From: an uncultured Candidatus Rokubacteria bacterium
Lineage (GTDB): Bacteria > Methylomirabilota > Methylomirabilia > Rokubacteriales > CSP1-6
Length of the DNA stretch: 64,000 nucleotides
Assembly: GCA_963762145.1 (NCBI GenBank)
Contig: CAVXJS010000019.1
Coordinates: 96,001 to 160,000, forward strand
Direction of reading: 5' to 3'
A program made the position numbers and the translations under genes. This document shows positions 1 through 9,373 of the stretch, piece by piece. The notes beneath the pieces were generated by a model. It ran no database searches. It was given only the letters and a program-made list of their open reading frames with translations, and was not told where the DNA came from. Numbering within the stretch: position 1 is the stretch's first letter; each line of letters begins with the position of its first letter.

Positions 1-257
1 CGCTCGACGACCTCCTCGGTGATCGCGATCATCTCCTTGGGCTCGAGGCCGACGTCGATCCCGAGGTACGTGAGCGAGCGATAGAGCCGCTCGACGTGCT
101 CCTCCAGGCGGAAGATGCGGCCGTCGAAGGTCCGCGTCATGTCGAAGCAGCCGTCGCCGCGGTTGAAGCTGCGGTCGCGGTAGGGGATGACCACCTGCGT
201 CTCGGGGACGAGGCGGCCGTTGAAGTACGCGGTGCGGGCGCGCGGGGGCTGGGCCAT
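1..257 (-). CDS. Aminotransferase class IV (branched-chain/D-amino acid type), N-terminal part, runs off the window
   Basis: Manual translation MAQPPARTAYFNGRLVPETQVVIPYRDRSFNRGDGCFDMTRTFDGRIFRLEEHVERLYRS; GGGAGG RBS upstream; not in the ORF track. Confidence 0.85.
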   Translation of the reverse strand, partial: MAQPPRARTAYFNGRLVPETQVVIPYRDRSFNRGDGCFDMTRTFDGRIFRLEEHVERLYRSLTYLGIDVGLEPKEMIAITEEVVE

Positions 258-321
258 CGGTGTTCCTCCCACCGGGATACTACTCCAGATCGGCGGCGGT
301 CCGCAGGGCTCGCGGGCTAGC

Positions 322-1361
322 TGTGAAGTCTCACGAGGTTCTCTGCAGGGGGGTTGTCCATCCGGGGGCTCTCAACGAAGCTGGACGCTGCCAAGCACTC
401 CAGATCGCTGAGGAGGATCCCCGGATGAACATCCACCAGAATGCCCGATTGACGCTGCGAGGTCGAGAGGAAGCCGTCCGGCGCGTGACCCAGCTGGGCC
501 ACTCCGCGCGGCAGGTCGCCCGGGCCCTGCACACCACCGACGGCACGGTCCGGAAGTGGGTGGCGCGCGCCGTGGCGGGCGAGAGCCTCGCGGATCGCAG
601 CTCGCGCCCCCAGCACAGCCCGCAGGCGATCCCCCCGGCGGTGGTGCTGCGCATCAAGGCCCTGCGGCAACAGCGGTGGACGTGTGGCGAGATCGCGGCG
701 CAGGTGGCGGTGAGTCGCGCGACGGTGGCGCGCATCGTCCGCCGCTGTGGCTGGGCGCGGTTGCACGTGTTGGAGCTGCCGCCGACCTCGCGCCGCTACG
801 AGCGCGCCCAGCCCGGCGAGCTGCTGCACCTGGACACGAAGAAGCTGGGGCGGATCGTCCGCCCCGGGCACCGGCTCACGGGCGATCGGCGCGACACCGT
901 CGACGGCGCCGGCTGGGAGTTCGGCCACATGGCGGTCGACGACACCTCGCGCATCGCCCTCGGGGAAGTCTTGCCCGATGAGCGCGGGGGCACCGCCGCG
1001 GGCTTTCTCCAGCGCACCGTGCGGGGCCTGCGCCGGCTCGGGGTGCGCGTGGCGGCCGTGATGACCGACAATGGCGCCGGGTATCGCTCGCGCCGCTTCC
1101 GCGCGAGCTGTCAGCGGCTCGGCCTGCGTCATCTCTTCACCCGGCCCTATACCCCGCGGACCAACGGCAAGGTCGAGCGCTTCATCAAGACCGCCTTGCT
1201 CGAGTGGGCCTATGCGCGCCTGTACCGCCACTCCGACGAGCGGCGCCGCGCGCTGGCCCAGTGGCTCCATCACTACAACTGGCATCGTCCCCACACGAGC
1301 CTCGGCGGCCGGCCCCCCATCACCCGGGTCCTGACTGCTGCGAACCTCGTGAGACTTCACA
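322..1361 (+). mobile_element. IS481-family insertion sequence (1040 bp)
   Basis: Perfect 19-bp terminal inverted repeats TGTGAAGTCTCACGAGGTT (322-340 and 1343-1361); flanking 6-bp direct repeat GCTAGC (316-321, 1362-1367) matching the NCTAGN target of IS481. Confidence 0.97.
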
Positions 1362-1366
1362 GCTAG
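425..1366 (+). CDS. IS481-family DDE transposase
   Basis: MNIHQNARLT N-terminus, LLHLDTKKL, VMTDNG, RPYTPRTNGKVERF, YNWHRPH motifs; the TAG stop lies in the target duplication. Confidence 0.97.
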   Translation: MNIHQNARLTLRGREEAVRRVTQLGHSARQVARALHTTDGTVRKWVARAVAGESLADRSSRPQHSPQAIPPAVVLRIKALRQQRWTCGEIAAQVAVSRATVARIVRRCGWARLHVLELPPTSRRYERAQPGELLHLDTKKLGRIVRPGHRLTGDRRDTVDGAGWEFGHMAVDDTSRIALGEVLPDERGGTAAGFLQRTVRGLRRLGVRVAAVMTDNGAGYRSRRFRASCQRLGLRHLFTRPYTPRTNGKVERFIKTALLEWAYARLYRHSDERRRALAQWLHHYNWHRPHTSLGGRPPITRVLTAANLVRLHS

Positions 1367-2162
1367 CGGCGGATGCCCCGGATGAGCATGTACTGCGCCG
1401 CACGTCCAGCCGCCCGCCCTGGGTCTGGTAGTGGCGGTGATAGGCGTCCACGTCCTGGCGGAGCGCGCGCAGGCGGTCCGGGTCGAGGCTGGCGCCGAGC
1501 TGCTTGAGCGGCCCGAAGCCGCGCAGATAGCAGCTCCAAATGTCCTCGACGCTGTCGTGGTACGCGTGGCTCAGACCGGGCTCGAACGAGAGCTCCCAGT
1601 CGCGGCCGAGGAGGCGCTCGGCGTGGGCCGGGTCGCCCCAGGCGAGAGGGGAGACCGCGGGGGGCGGGCCGCCGGCGTGCCGGGCGATGACGCCGAAGAA
1701 CTCGGCGACCGCGCCGCCGGGCACCCAGGCCGCGATGGCGAGGCGCCCGCCGCGCCGGCACACCCGGCCGAGCTCGGCGGCGGCCCGGTCCTGGTTGGCC
1801 GCGAACATGACGCCGAACGTGGAGATGACGCCGTCGAAGCGGGCGTCCGCGAATGGCAGCGACTCCGCGTCGGCCTGCTGGAACGCGATCGGGGGGCGCA
1901 CGTGCGCCGAGAGCTCGCCCGCGGCGGCGAGCAGCTCGGCGGAGATGTCCACCGCGGTGACCTGGGCGCCGCGGCGCGCGGCATTGCGGGCCGACCAGCC
2001 CGTGCCGGTGGCCACGTCGAGGATCTGCTGTCCGGCGGTCGCGTTCAGGCGCTGCGCGGCGTGGGCGAGGGCGTCGGAGACCGCGAAGCTGACGTCGTCG
2101 TAGGCCCGGCCGCCCTGGCCCCACATGCTCGCCGCCGCTTCGTGATGAGGACGAATGGTCAT
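1363..2162 (-). CDS. Class I SAM-dependent methyltransferase (1-bp frameshift near 1394)
   Basis: ILDVATGTG, DAESLPF, FDGVISTFGVMF motifs; the true C-terminus YMLIRGIRR* is in the alternative frame ending at 1363. Confidence 0.85.
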
Positions 2163-2220
2163 GAGCGCTCCTCCTGTGGTGACGTTGGGTCCATCATCGG
2201 GGGCCCCGGGGAAGGCCGCC

Positions 2221-2237
2221 AGTCCAGAAACTGTAGT
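2221..2237. promoter_or_regulatory. Putative operator of the HxlR-family regulator
   Basis: Imperfect dyad AGTCCA-N5-TGTAGT between the divergent methyltransferase and HxlR genes. Confidence 0.4.
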
Positions 2238-2285
2238 TGGCGGAGCGCGGGGGGCATGGGTATCGTGGCCCCAGGGGTCTCGAGC

Positions 2286-2992
2286 ATGAAGAGCTACGGA
2301 CAGTTCTGCCCGGTGGCGAAGGCGGCCGAGATCTTCTGCGAGCGCTGGACCGCGCTCATCCTCCGCGACCTCGCCGCGGGCGCGCAGCGCTTCGCGGAGC
2401 TGCGGCGCGGCGTGCCGCTCATGTCGCCGACCCTGCTGTCGCGCCGCCTGAGGCAGCTCGAGGCCGAGGGCATCCTGGAGCGGCGCCTGTCGCGGCCGGC
2501 CGGGGCTGCACCTATCACCTGACGCGCGCGGGCCAGGAGTTCGCGCCGATCGTGCAGGCCCTCGGGGTGTGGGGCCAGCGCTGGTCCCGGCGCGACCTGG
2601 CCCGGAACGAGGTGGATCTGGGACTCCTGATCTGGGCGATGGAGCGCTCGGTGAGAGGGGACGCGCTCGGGCCCGGCCGAGCCGTCGTGCAGGTGGAGTT
2701 CACCGACCAGCCGGTCGCCCGGCGCCGCTGGTGGTTCCTCCACGAGGACGGCGGCACGCAGCTTTGTTTCGAGGACCCGGGCTTCGACGTCGACGTGTAC
2801 CTGAGCGCGACCCTGCCGGACATGATCCGGATCGTCCGGGGCGACCTCAAGCTCGGCGCGGCGCTCGAGCAGGAGCGGCTCGAGGTCACGTGCGCGGGCG
2901 GATTGCGTCGCCGGCTTCCCGCGTGGTTCAACCTGAGCCCGCTCGCGGCGATCGGGTCGCAGCGGGCGCGGGCCGGCCGCGCGGGAGGCTAG
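2286..2992 (+). CDS. HxlR-family winged-helix regulator with SCP2-like C-terminal domain (frameshift near 2490-2500)
   Basis: MKSYGQFCPVAKAAEIFCERWTALILRDL in one frame continues as YHLTRAGQEFAPIVQALGVWGQRW in another. Confidence 0.88.
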
Positions 2993-3005
2993 GCGCGGGG
3001 CCGCG

Positions 3006-3896
3006 TCAGGCCGCGCGCGTCCGCACGAACCGGCCGATCGCGTCGACCGCGGTCTGCGCCTCGTCGAGCATCGGCAGGAACCAGTGCCAGACGTGGATCA
3101 TCCGCTCGTAGACCTCGAGGCTCGCGTCCACCCCGGCGGCCCGGGACCGCTCCGCGAGCTGCACCGCGTCGTCGAGCAGCACCTCGTCGCTGCCCACGTG
3201 GATCAGCAGGGGCGGCAGGCCGCGCAGGTCGGCGAAGAGCGGGGAGGCCAGCGGCGTGCGCGGCGGGGTGGCGCCGAGATAGGCCCGGGCCATCTGCTCG
3301 ACGCCGTCGCGGCGCACGATCGGATCCGCGGCCGCCTTCGTCGCGTAGCTGGCGCCGCCGCAGGTGAGGTCCACCCACGGGGAGATGCAGACGCCGCCCG
3401 CGGGCAGCGGCACGCCCGCCTCGCGCAGGGCCAGCAGCGTGGCCACCGTGAGCCCGCCCCCCGCGGAGTCGCCCGCGATCACGATGCGCGCGGGGGCGAT
3501 GGCCTGGTCCAGCAGCCAGCGGTAGGCCGCGGTCGCGTCGTCCACCGCGGCCGGATACGGGTGCTCGGGCGCCAGGCGATAGTCGAGCAGGAGCGCGCTC
3601 GCTCCCGCGGCGCTCGCGATCGCGGCGGCCAGGTGCCGATGGGAGCGCGGGGAGCCGATGACGTAGCCGCCCCCGTGGAGATACAGCACCACGCGGCCCG
3701 GCTCGGCCGAGGGCGGACGCAGCCACTCCGCGGGCGCGACCGGGGCGTTCACGCGCTCCACCTTGACGTCGGGCGGAGTCGGGAAGGCCTTCTCGGCGCG
3801 CTCGTACTGGGCGCGGCGCTCGGCGGTGGTGAGCGAGTCGGACGGGGGCAGCTTCGCGAGGTGCGCGCGAACGACGTCGATGCCGCGGTCAGCCAT
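3006..3896 (-). CDS. Alpha/beta hydrolase, HSL-family esterase
   Basis: LHGGGY, DYRLAPEHPYP and GDSAGG motifs. Confidence 0.92.
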   Translation of the reverse strand: MADRGIDVVRAHLAKLPPSDSLTTAERRAQYERAEKAFPTPPDVKVERVNAPVAPAEWLRPPSAEPGRVVLYLHGGGYVIGSPRSHRHLAAAIASAAGASALLLDYRLAPEHPYPAAVDDATAAYRWLLDQAIAPARIVIAGDSAGGGLTVATLLALREAGVPLPAGGVCISPWVDLTCGGASYATKAAADPIVRRDGVEQMARAYLGATPPRTPLASPLFADLRGLPPLLIHVGSDEVLLDDAVQLAERSRAAGVDASLEVYERMIHVWHWFLPMLDEAQTAVDAIGRFVRTRAA

Positions 3897-3967
3897 GGGT
3901 CTCCTCCATTGAGGAGGGATTCTGCGCCGGGACCGGGGCCGTTGGCAACATGGTGTACTCTCCGCCC

Positions 3968-4858
3968 ATGATTCCACTCGTGGACGCCCACCATCACATC
4001 TGGCGGCTGGCGGATCTGGCCTGGCTGCAGGGCCCACCGCAGCCGCGCATCTTCGGGGAGTACGCGCCCATCCGCCGCGACTATCCGATCGAGGAGTACA
4101 TGGCCGAAGCTCGCGCCGCCGGGGTGGCCCGGTCGGTGTACGTGCAGACCAACTGGCCGGCCGGACGGGAAGAGGAGGAGGTCGGCTGGGTGCAGTCGGT
4201 GGCCGACCGCCACGGCTTCCCGCACGCGATCGTGGGCTACGCCGATCTGGCCGCGCCGGCGGTCGGCGGTGTCCTCGACCGGATGATGAAGCATGCGCGC
4301 CTGCGCGGCATCCGCCAGCAGCTCCACTGGCACGAGAAGGCGCTCTACCGGTTTGCCGCGCGGCCCGATCTCAGCGACGACCCCGCGTGGCGCGCCGGGC
4401 TCGCGGAGGTGGCGCGGCGCGGGCTGCTCTTCGAGCTCCAGGTGTTCGCCGGCCAGATGGAGGCGAGCGCGCGGCTGGTCCGCGACTTCCCGCAGGCCAC
4501 CTTCGTGCTCATGCACGCGGGCATGCTGGAAGACCGCTCGCCCGAGGGCTGGACCCGCTGGCGCGCGGGCATGCGGGCGCTCGCGGCGGCGCCCAACGTT
4601 CACGTGAAGCTCTCCGGCCTCGGGACGTTCGCGCGCGCGTGCTCGGTCGAGCTCTGGGGCCCGGTGATCCGCGAGACCGTCGAGCTCTTCGGGCCGGGGC
4701 GCTGCATGTTCGGGAGCAACTTCCCGATCGAGAAGCTGTGGACGACGTACGAGGACGTGGCGCGCGTCACCACCGAGTGCCTGTCCGACCTTTCGGCGGA
4801 CGACCGTCGCGCGGTCCTCCACGACAACGCGGCTCGCGTCTATCGCCTGGCCGCGTGA
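3968..4858 (+). CDS. Amidohydrolase_2 family protein (lactonase-like)
   Basis: VDAHHHIW, VKLSG and MFGSNFP motifs. Confidence 0.88.
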   Translation: MIPLVDAHHHIWRLADLAWLQGPPQPRIFGEYAPIRRDYPIEEYMAEARAAGVARSVYVQTNWPAGREEEEVGWVQSVADRHGFPHAIVGYADLAAPAVGGVLDRMMKHARLRGIRQQLHWHEKALYRFAARPDLSDDPAWRAGLAEVARRGLLFELQVFAGQMEASARLVRDFPQATFVLMHAGMLEDRSPEGWTRWRAGMRALAAAPNVHVKLSGLGTFARACSVELWGPVIRETVELFGPGRCMFGSNFPIEKLWTTYEDVARVTTECLSDLSADDRRAVLHDNAARVYRLAA

Positions 4859-5739
4859 ATCTCGATCTCCGGACCCTGCAGCTCTTCGTCGCGGTGGTCG
4901 AAGAGGAAACGGTGGCCAAGGCGGCCAAGCGCGAGCACATCGCGGCCTCCGCGGTCAGCAAGCGGATCGCCGATCTCGAGAAGGAGGTCAAGGTCGATCT
5001 GTTCCGGCGCCACCGGACCGGGCTCGAGCCGACGCCGGCGGGCCACGCCCTCCTCCATCACGCCCGCATGCTCATGCGCAATCTGGCCCAGCTCGAGACC
5101 GAGCTCGGCGACTACGAGCAGGGGCTCCGGGGCAGCGTGCGGATCTTCGCCAATGTCTCGGCCCTGGTCCAGTTCCTCCCCGAGGACCTGGGCCGCTTCC
5201 TGAGCCAGCATCCGCTGGTGCGAATCGATCTCGAGGAAGCGATCAGCCCCCTGATCGTGCGGGCGGTCGCCGACGGCGTCGCGGAGATCGGCATCTACGG
5301 CGGGAATATCCCGGCGCCCGGGCTCACCGTGCTCCCGTACCGCCAGGACCGCCTCGTCGTGGTGGTGCCCGCCCGGCATCCGCTCCGGAAGCACTCCTCT
5401 GTCCGTCTGGACGCGGTGCTGCCCTATGATCTGGTGGGTGTCCAGAAGGGCAGCTCGATCGACGCGCTCGTCGTCCGGGCGGCGACGGATCTCGGGCGGC
5501 CGGTGAAGCTCCGGATCCGGACGTCGGGCTTCGACGCGGTGAGCCGGATGGTTCACGCGGGGCTCGGTGTCGCCATCATGCCGGAGCTGGTCGCGCAGAG
5601 TTACCGGGCCTCCCTCAAGCTCGCGACGGTGCCGCTGGAGGAGCCGTGGGCGACGCGCCAGCTCGACGTGTGCGTGCTGGACATGGTCTCGCTGCCGCCG
5701 GCGTCCCGGCTGCTGGTGGACCACCTCACCAGGCGGTAG
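4855..5739 (+). CDS. LysR-family transcriptional regulator
   Basis: GTG start overlapping the upstream TGA; DLRTLQLFVAV...SAVSKRIADLE HTH. Confidence 0.92.
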   Translation: MNLDLRTLQLFVAVVEEETVAKAAKREHIAASAVSKRIADLEKEVKVDLFRRHRTGLEPTPAGHALLHHARMLMRNLAQLETELGDYEQGLRGSVRIFANVSALVQFLPEDLGRFLSQHPLVRIDLEEAISPLIVRAVADGVAEIGIYGGNIPAPGLTVLPYRQDRLVVVVPARHPLRKHSSVRLDAVLPYDLVGVQKGSSIDALVVRAATDLGRPVKLRIRTSGFDAVSRMVHAGLGVAIMPELVAQSYRASLKLATVPLEEPWATRQLDVCVLDMVSLPPASRLLVDHLTRR

Positions 5740-5755
5740 GGGAGCCGACCGGCCG

Positions 5756-5820
5756 TCGCCAATCGCGATGGCCGCGTTCCCGATCACGACGCCAGATCCG
5801 CGGGTCCCCATTGCTATAGT
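5756..5820 (+). promoter_or_regulatory. Two LysR T-N11-A boxes and an extended -10 upstream of the SBP gene
   Basis: TCGC-CAATC-GCGA (5756-5768), TTCCCGATCACGA (5777-5789), TGcTATAGT (5812-5820). Confidence 0.55.
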
Positions 5821-5895
5821 CCTGTCGTCAACCCGGCAGGTCGATGGCACCGAGGTCAGGGCAATGAAGCCCCAGCGGGGCATCAGGAGAACGGG

Positions 5896-7551
5896 ATGAG
5901 CGACGGGACCGTGGACCGCAGGGCATTTCTCAAGAAGACGGCCGTCGCCGGGGCCGCGGCGGTCGTGGCGGGGCGGCTGCCGGCCCCCGGCGCGGTCTCC
6001 GCGCAGGACGCCACCGTGAAGGCCGATCCCAAGGTCAAGCGGGGCGGGACGCTGCGGTTCGGGGTGAACAGCGCCCCCGCTCACTTCGACGTCCACCAGT
6101 CGGGCACGGTCGGCAATGTCGGGACCCAGGGGCCGATGTACGACACGCTGCTGCGGCGCGATCCCCGGGACGGGCAGACCATCATCCCGGACCTGGCCCA
6201 GCGGTGGGAGGTCTCGCCGGACGGCAAGAAGTACACCTTCCATCTCCGCAAGGGCGTCAAGTTCCACGACGGCGCCGACTTCACCGCGGAGGACGTCAAG
6301 GCGACCTACGATCGCATCGTCGCGCCCCCCAAGGGCGTGGTGATCCCGCGCTCGTCGCTGTTCACCGCGGTCAGCGAGATCGTGGTGCTCGATCCGCACC
6401 GCATCGAGTTCCGGCTCAAGGAGTCGCGGCCGCGCGCCTTCATGCTGGGCGCCTTCGCGAGCGGGTGGAACATCATCGTGCGCAAGAAGAGCCTCGACGA
6501 CAACGGGGGCAACCTGCGGCAGGTGATGAACTACCCGGGCACCGGGCCGTTCCGCCACGTCTCCCGGAAGGACAAGGAAGTCTGGATCATGGAGCGGAAC
6601 CCGGACTACTGGAACAAGGGCCTGCCCTACGTGGACCGGCTGGAGATCTACAACATGCCCCCCTTCTCGCCCGACCTGGGCGGGGCGATCCTGACCAACC
6701 GGATCGACTACGGGCGGATCCTGGACCCCATCACATGGCGCAAGGCCAAGGAGGCGCCCGGCATGAGCGCGGGCGAGCTGAACCAGGCGGTGATCCAGGC
6801 GGTCTACACGAACATGAAGAAGCCGCCCCTGAACGATCCGCGGGTCCGCCGGGCCATCCACCTGGCCCTCGATCGGCACGCCCTCATCGACGTGGTGAAG
6901 GACGTGGCGCCCATGATGGTCGGCGGCTTCGTGTACCCGTTCCACGAGTACTCGACCCCGCGCGAGGAGCTCTACAAGCGTCCGGGCTACCAGCGCGACC
7001 CGAAGCCCGCCATCCAGGAGGCGAAGCGGCTGATGGCGGAGGCGGGGCACCCGAACGGGATCAAGAACCTCACGTTCCTCGTGCGCGACATCATCAGCTT
7101 CCGGCACTGGTCGGTGGCCATCCAGGCCATGTTGAAGGAGACGCTCAACATCGACACGACCCTGCGGACGGTGCAGATCTCCCAGTGGTTCGAGGAGGCG
7201 GCGGCCGGCAACTTCGACATCACGATCAGCGCGGTGGTCTCCACGCTCATGGATCCCTCCGACTACTTCACCGCCTGGTACGGCAAGGACGGCTCGCAGA
7301 ACTACTCCTACTGGACCAACGAGCAATTTCACACCCTGGCGCGCCAGATCGAGCGGGAGGTCGACGAGGGCAAGCGCAAGACGATGGTGCGCCAGGCGGA
7401 GCTGATCCTGGAGAGCGATCCGCCGTTGATCCCGATCGCCTACGAGAAGATCTACGACGCCTGGTACAACAAGGTGCGCGGGCAGAACCCGAACACCTTC
7501 TTCGGGATCTACGACGTGGTGCGCTGGGACACCGTCTCCATCGCGGAGTAG
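5896..7551 (+). CDS. ABC transporter substrate-binding protein, family 5 (peptide/nickel), Tat-exported
   Basis: DRRAFLKK Tat motif; PDLAQRWEVSPDGKKYTFHLRKGVKFHDG signature. Confidence 0.92.
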   Translation: MSDGTVDRRAFLKKTAVAGAAAVVAGRLPAPGAVSAQDATVKADPKVKRGGTLRFGVNSAPAHFDVHQSGTVGNVGTQGPMYDTLLRRDPRDGQTIIPDLAQRWEVSPDGKKYTFHLRKGVKFHDGADFTAEDVKATYDRIVAPPKGVVIPRSSLFTAVSEIVVLDPHRIEFRLKESRPRAFMLGAFASGWNIIVRKKSLDDNGGNLRQVMNYPGTGPFRHVSRKDKEVWIMERNPDYWNKGLPYVDRLEIYNMPPFSPDLGGAILTNRIDYGRILDPITWRKAKEAPGMSAGELNQAVIQAVYTNMKKPPLNDPRVRRAIHLALDRHALIDVVKDVAPMMVGGFVYPFHEYSTPREELYKRPGYQRDPKPAIQEAKRLMAEAGHPNGIKNLTFLVRDIISFRHWSVAIQAMLKETLNIDTTLRTVQISQWFEEAAAGNFDITISAVVSTLMDPSDYFTAWYGKDGSQNYSYWTNEQFHTLARQIEREVDEGKRKTMVRQAELILESDPPLIPIAYEKIYDAWYNKVRGQNPNTFFGIYDVVRWDTVSIAE

Positions 7552-7605
7552 CCGGCGGCTCCCAAACGCGTGCCGGTGGGCGGGCACTCGTGGCAGAATG
7601 ACGCG

Positions 7606-8428
7606 GTGATCGCGCCGGAGCTCCTCTACGGCACCGCGTGGAAGGAAGACCGCACGCCCGCCCTCGTCGAGCTGGCGCTCCGGACGGGCTTCCGGGGCGT
7701 CGATACCGCCAATCAGCGGCGGCACTACTTCGAGGCCGGCGTGGGGCAGGGGCTGGCCGCGGCCTACCGCGCGGGCATCGTCACGCGGGCCGACCTCTTC
7801 CTCCAGACGAAGTACACGTATCAGCCCGGGCAGGACCACCGGCTGCCGTACGATCCGGCCGCCGATCTCGCGACCCAGGTGGCCCAGTCCATGGCCAGCT
7901 CGCTCGAGCATCTCGGCACCGACCACGTGGACAGCTACGTCCTGCACGGTCCTGCCTCGCGCGACGACTGGACCGAGTACGACGCGGAGGTCTGGGGCGC
8001 CATGGGACGGGAGCGCGCCGCGGGCCGCACCCGGGTGCTCGGCGTGAGCAATGTCTCGCTCCGGCAGCTCGAGCAGATGGCGGCCACCGGCGCCGAGACG
8101 CCCGCGTTCGTGCAGAATCGGTGCTTCGCGGTCGCAGCGGCTGGGACCGCGACGTGCGGGCCTTCTGCGCGGAGCGGCGGATCGTCTACCAGGGCTTCTC
8201 GCTGCTCACCGCCAACCCGGCCGTGCTGCAGCCACCCGCTGGTGACCGGCATCGCCGCGCGCAGCGGGGCGACGCCGGCGCAGGTGGTGTTTCGCTTCGC
8301 GCTCGCGGTCGGGATGCTCCCGATCACCGGCACGTCCGAGCCCGGAGCACATGGCGCAGGACCTGGCCGCCCCGTCCCTCGCGCTCTCCGACGCCGAGGC
8401 GCGCGCCATCGAGTCGCTCGCCGGGTAG
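7606..8428 (+). CDS. Aldo/keto reductase (several frameshifts, about 8130-8345)
   Basis: YGTAWK, GFRGVDTA, DLFLQTK, LGVSN, IVYQGFSLL and TPAQVVFRF pieces spread over three frames. Confidence 0.8.
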
Positions 8429-8437
8429 GCCACGGGC

Positions 8438-9367
8438 ATGCGCCGCCTGACCGTCCTGATGCCGTTTCACACGCCGTTCTACGCGCCGCTGCCCGCCGGG
8501 GTCGCCCTCGGGCATTTTCGCGACGAGGGCCTCGAGATCACGTGCATCCCCGCGGCCGCCTTCGGCAAGGGCACGATGCCCGCGCTGCTCGACGGCGACA
8601 TCGAGATCAGCCTGGGCGGCCTGATGCGAAGCTTCGAGCTCGCAGACCGCGGAGGGCCGATCGTGGTGCACTTCGCGGAGGTGTGCAGCCGCAACGGCTT
8701 CTTTCTCCTGAGCCGGACGCCGCGGCCGGCCTTCGCGTGGACGGACCTGGTCGGACGGACCGTGCTCTCGTTCGCGGAGGCCCCGACCCCGTGGCAGTGC
8801 ATGCTGACCGTCCTGCGGCGGCACGGCGTGGATGCGGGCCGGGTCCGGATCGACCGGACGCGGCCCTCCCCCGACGCGATCGCGGCATTCCGCGGCGGGC
8901 ACGGAGACTACCTCGAGCAGCCCCAGCCGGTGGCGGAGGAGCTCGTGGCGGAGGGCGCGGCCCACGTGGTGGCCTCGATGGGCGAGGCCACCGGCCCGGT
9001 GCCGTTCACGTCGTACATGACCACGCCCGCATTCCTCGCGCGCGAGCCGGACGTGGTGCGCGCCTTCACCCGCGCGGTCTACCGGACCCAGCGCTGGCTC
9101 GCTCGCGCCGCGCCGTCGGCGATCGCGGCGACGATCGCGACCGCGTTCCCCGCGACGGGGCCCGCGCTCCTCGAGCGCGCGGTGGCGCGTTACCACGGGC
9201 AGGGCACCTGGGCCCAGGATCCGCTCCTGCGTCGCGAGGGGTACGACTACCTGGAGGAGATCCTGCTCACGGGCGGCCTCATCGGGCGGCGCGCGCGCTA
9301 CGAGGACCTGGTGGACACCGCGGCGGCCCGCGCGATCATGGCGGAGACGGCCGGCGGCCGCGGCTGA
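8438..9367 (+). CDS. ABC substrate-binding protein, NMT1/THI5/SsuA-like
   Basis: FYAP...GHFRDEGLEI and ASMGEATGPVPFT motifs. Confidence 0.8.
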   Translation: MRRLTVLMPFHTPFYAPLPAGVALGHFRDEGLEITCIPAAAFGKGTMPALLDGDIEISLGGLMRSFELADRGGPIVVHFAEVCSRNGFFLLSRTPRPAFAWTDLVGRTVLSFAEAPTPWQCMLTVLRRHGVDAGRVRIDRTRPSPDAIAAFRGGHGDYLEQPQPVAEELVAEGAAHVVASMGEATGPVPFTSYMTTPAFLAREPDVVRAFTRAVYRTQRWLARAAPSAIAATIATAFPATGPALLERAVARYHGQGTWAQDPLLRREGYDYLEEILLTGGLIGRRARYEDLVDTAAARAIMAETAGGRG

Positions 9368-9373
9368 TCGGTC

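Noticed and set aside
282-407. ACTCCAGATCG at both 282-292 and 397-407
   Set aside because: A single 11-bp match with no relation to the IS ends; probably chance.
4840-7947. Very long antisense or alternative-frame ORFs (also 17753-20359, 45275-48445, 50260-52974, 57820-60810)
   Set aside because: They are shadows of real genes in high-GC DNA with few stop codons and have no recognisable motifs.
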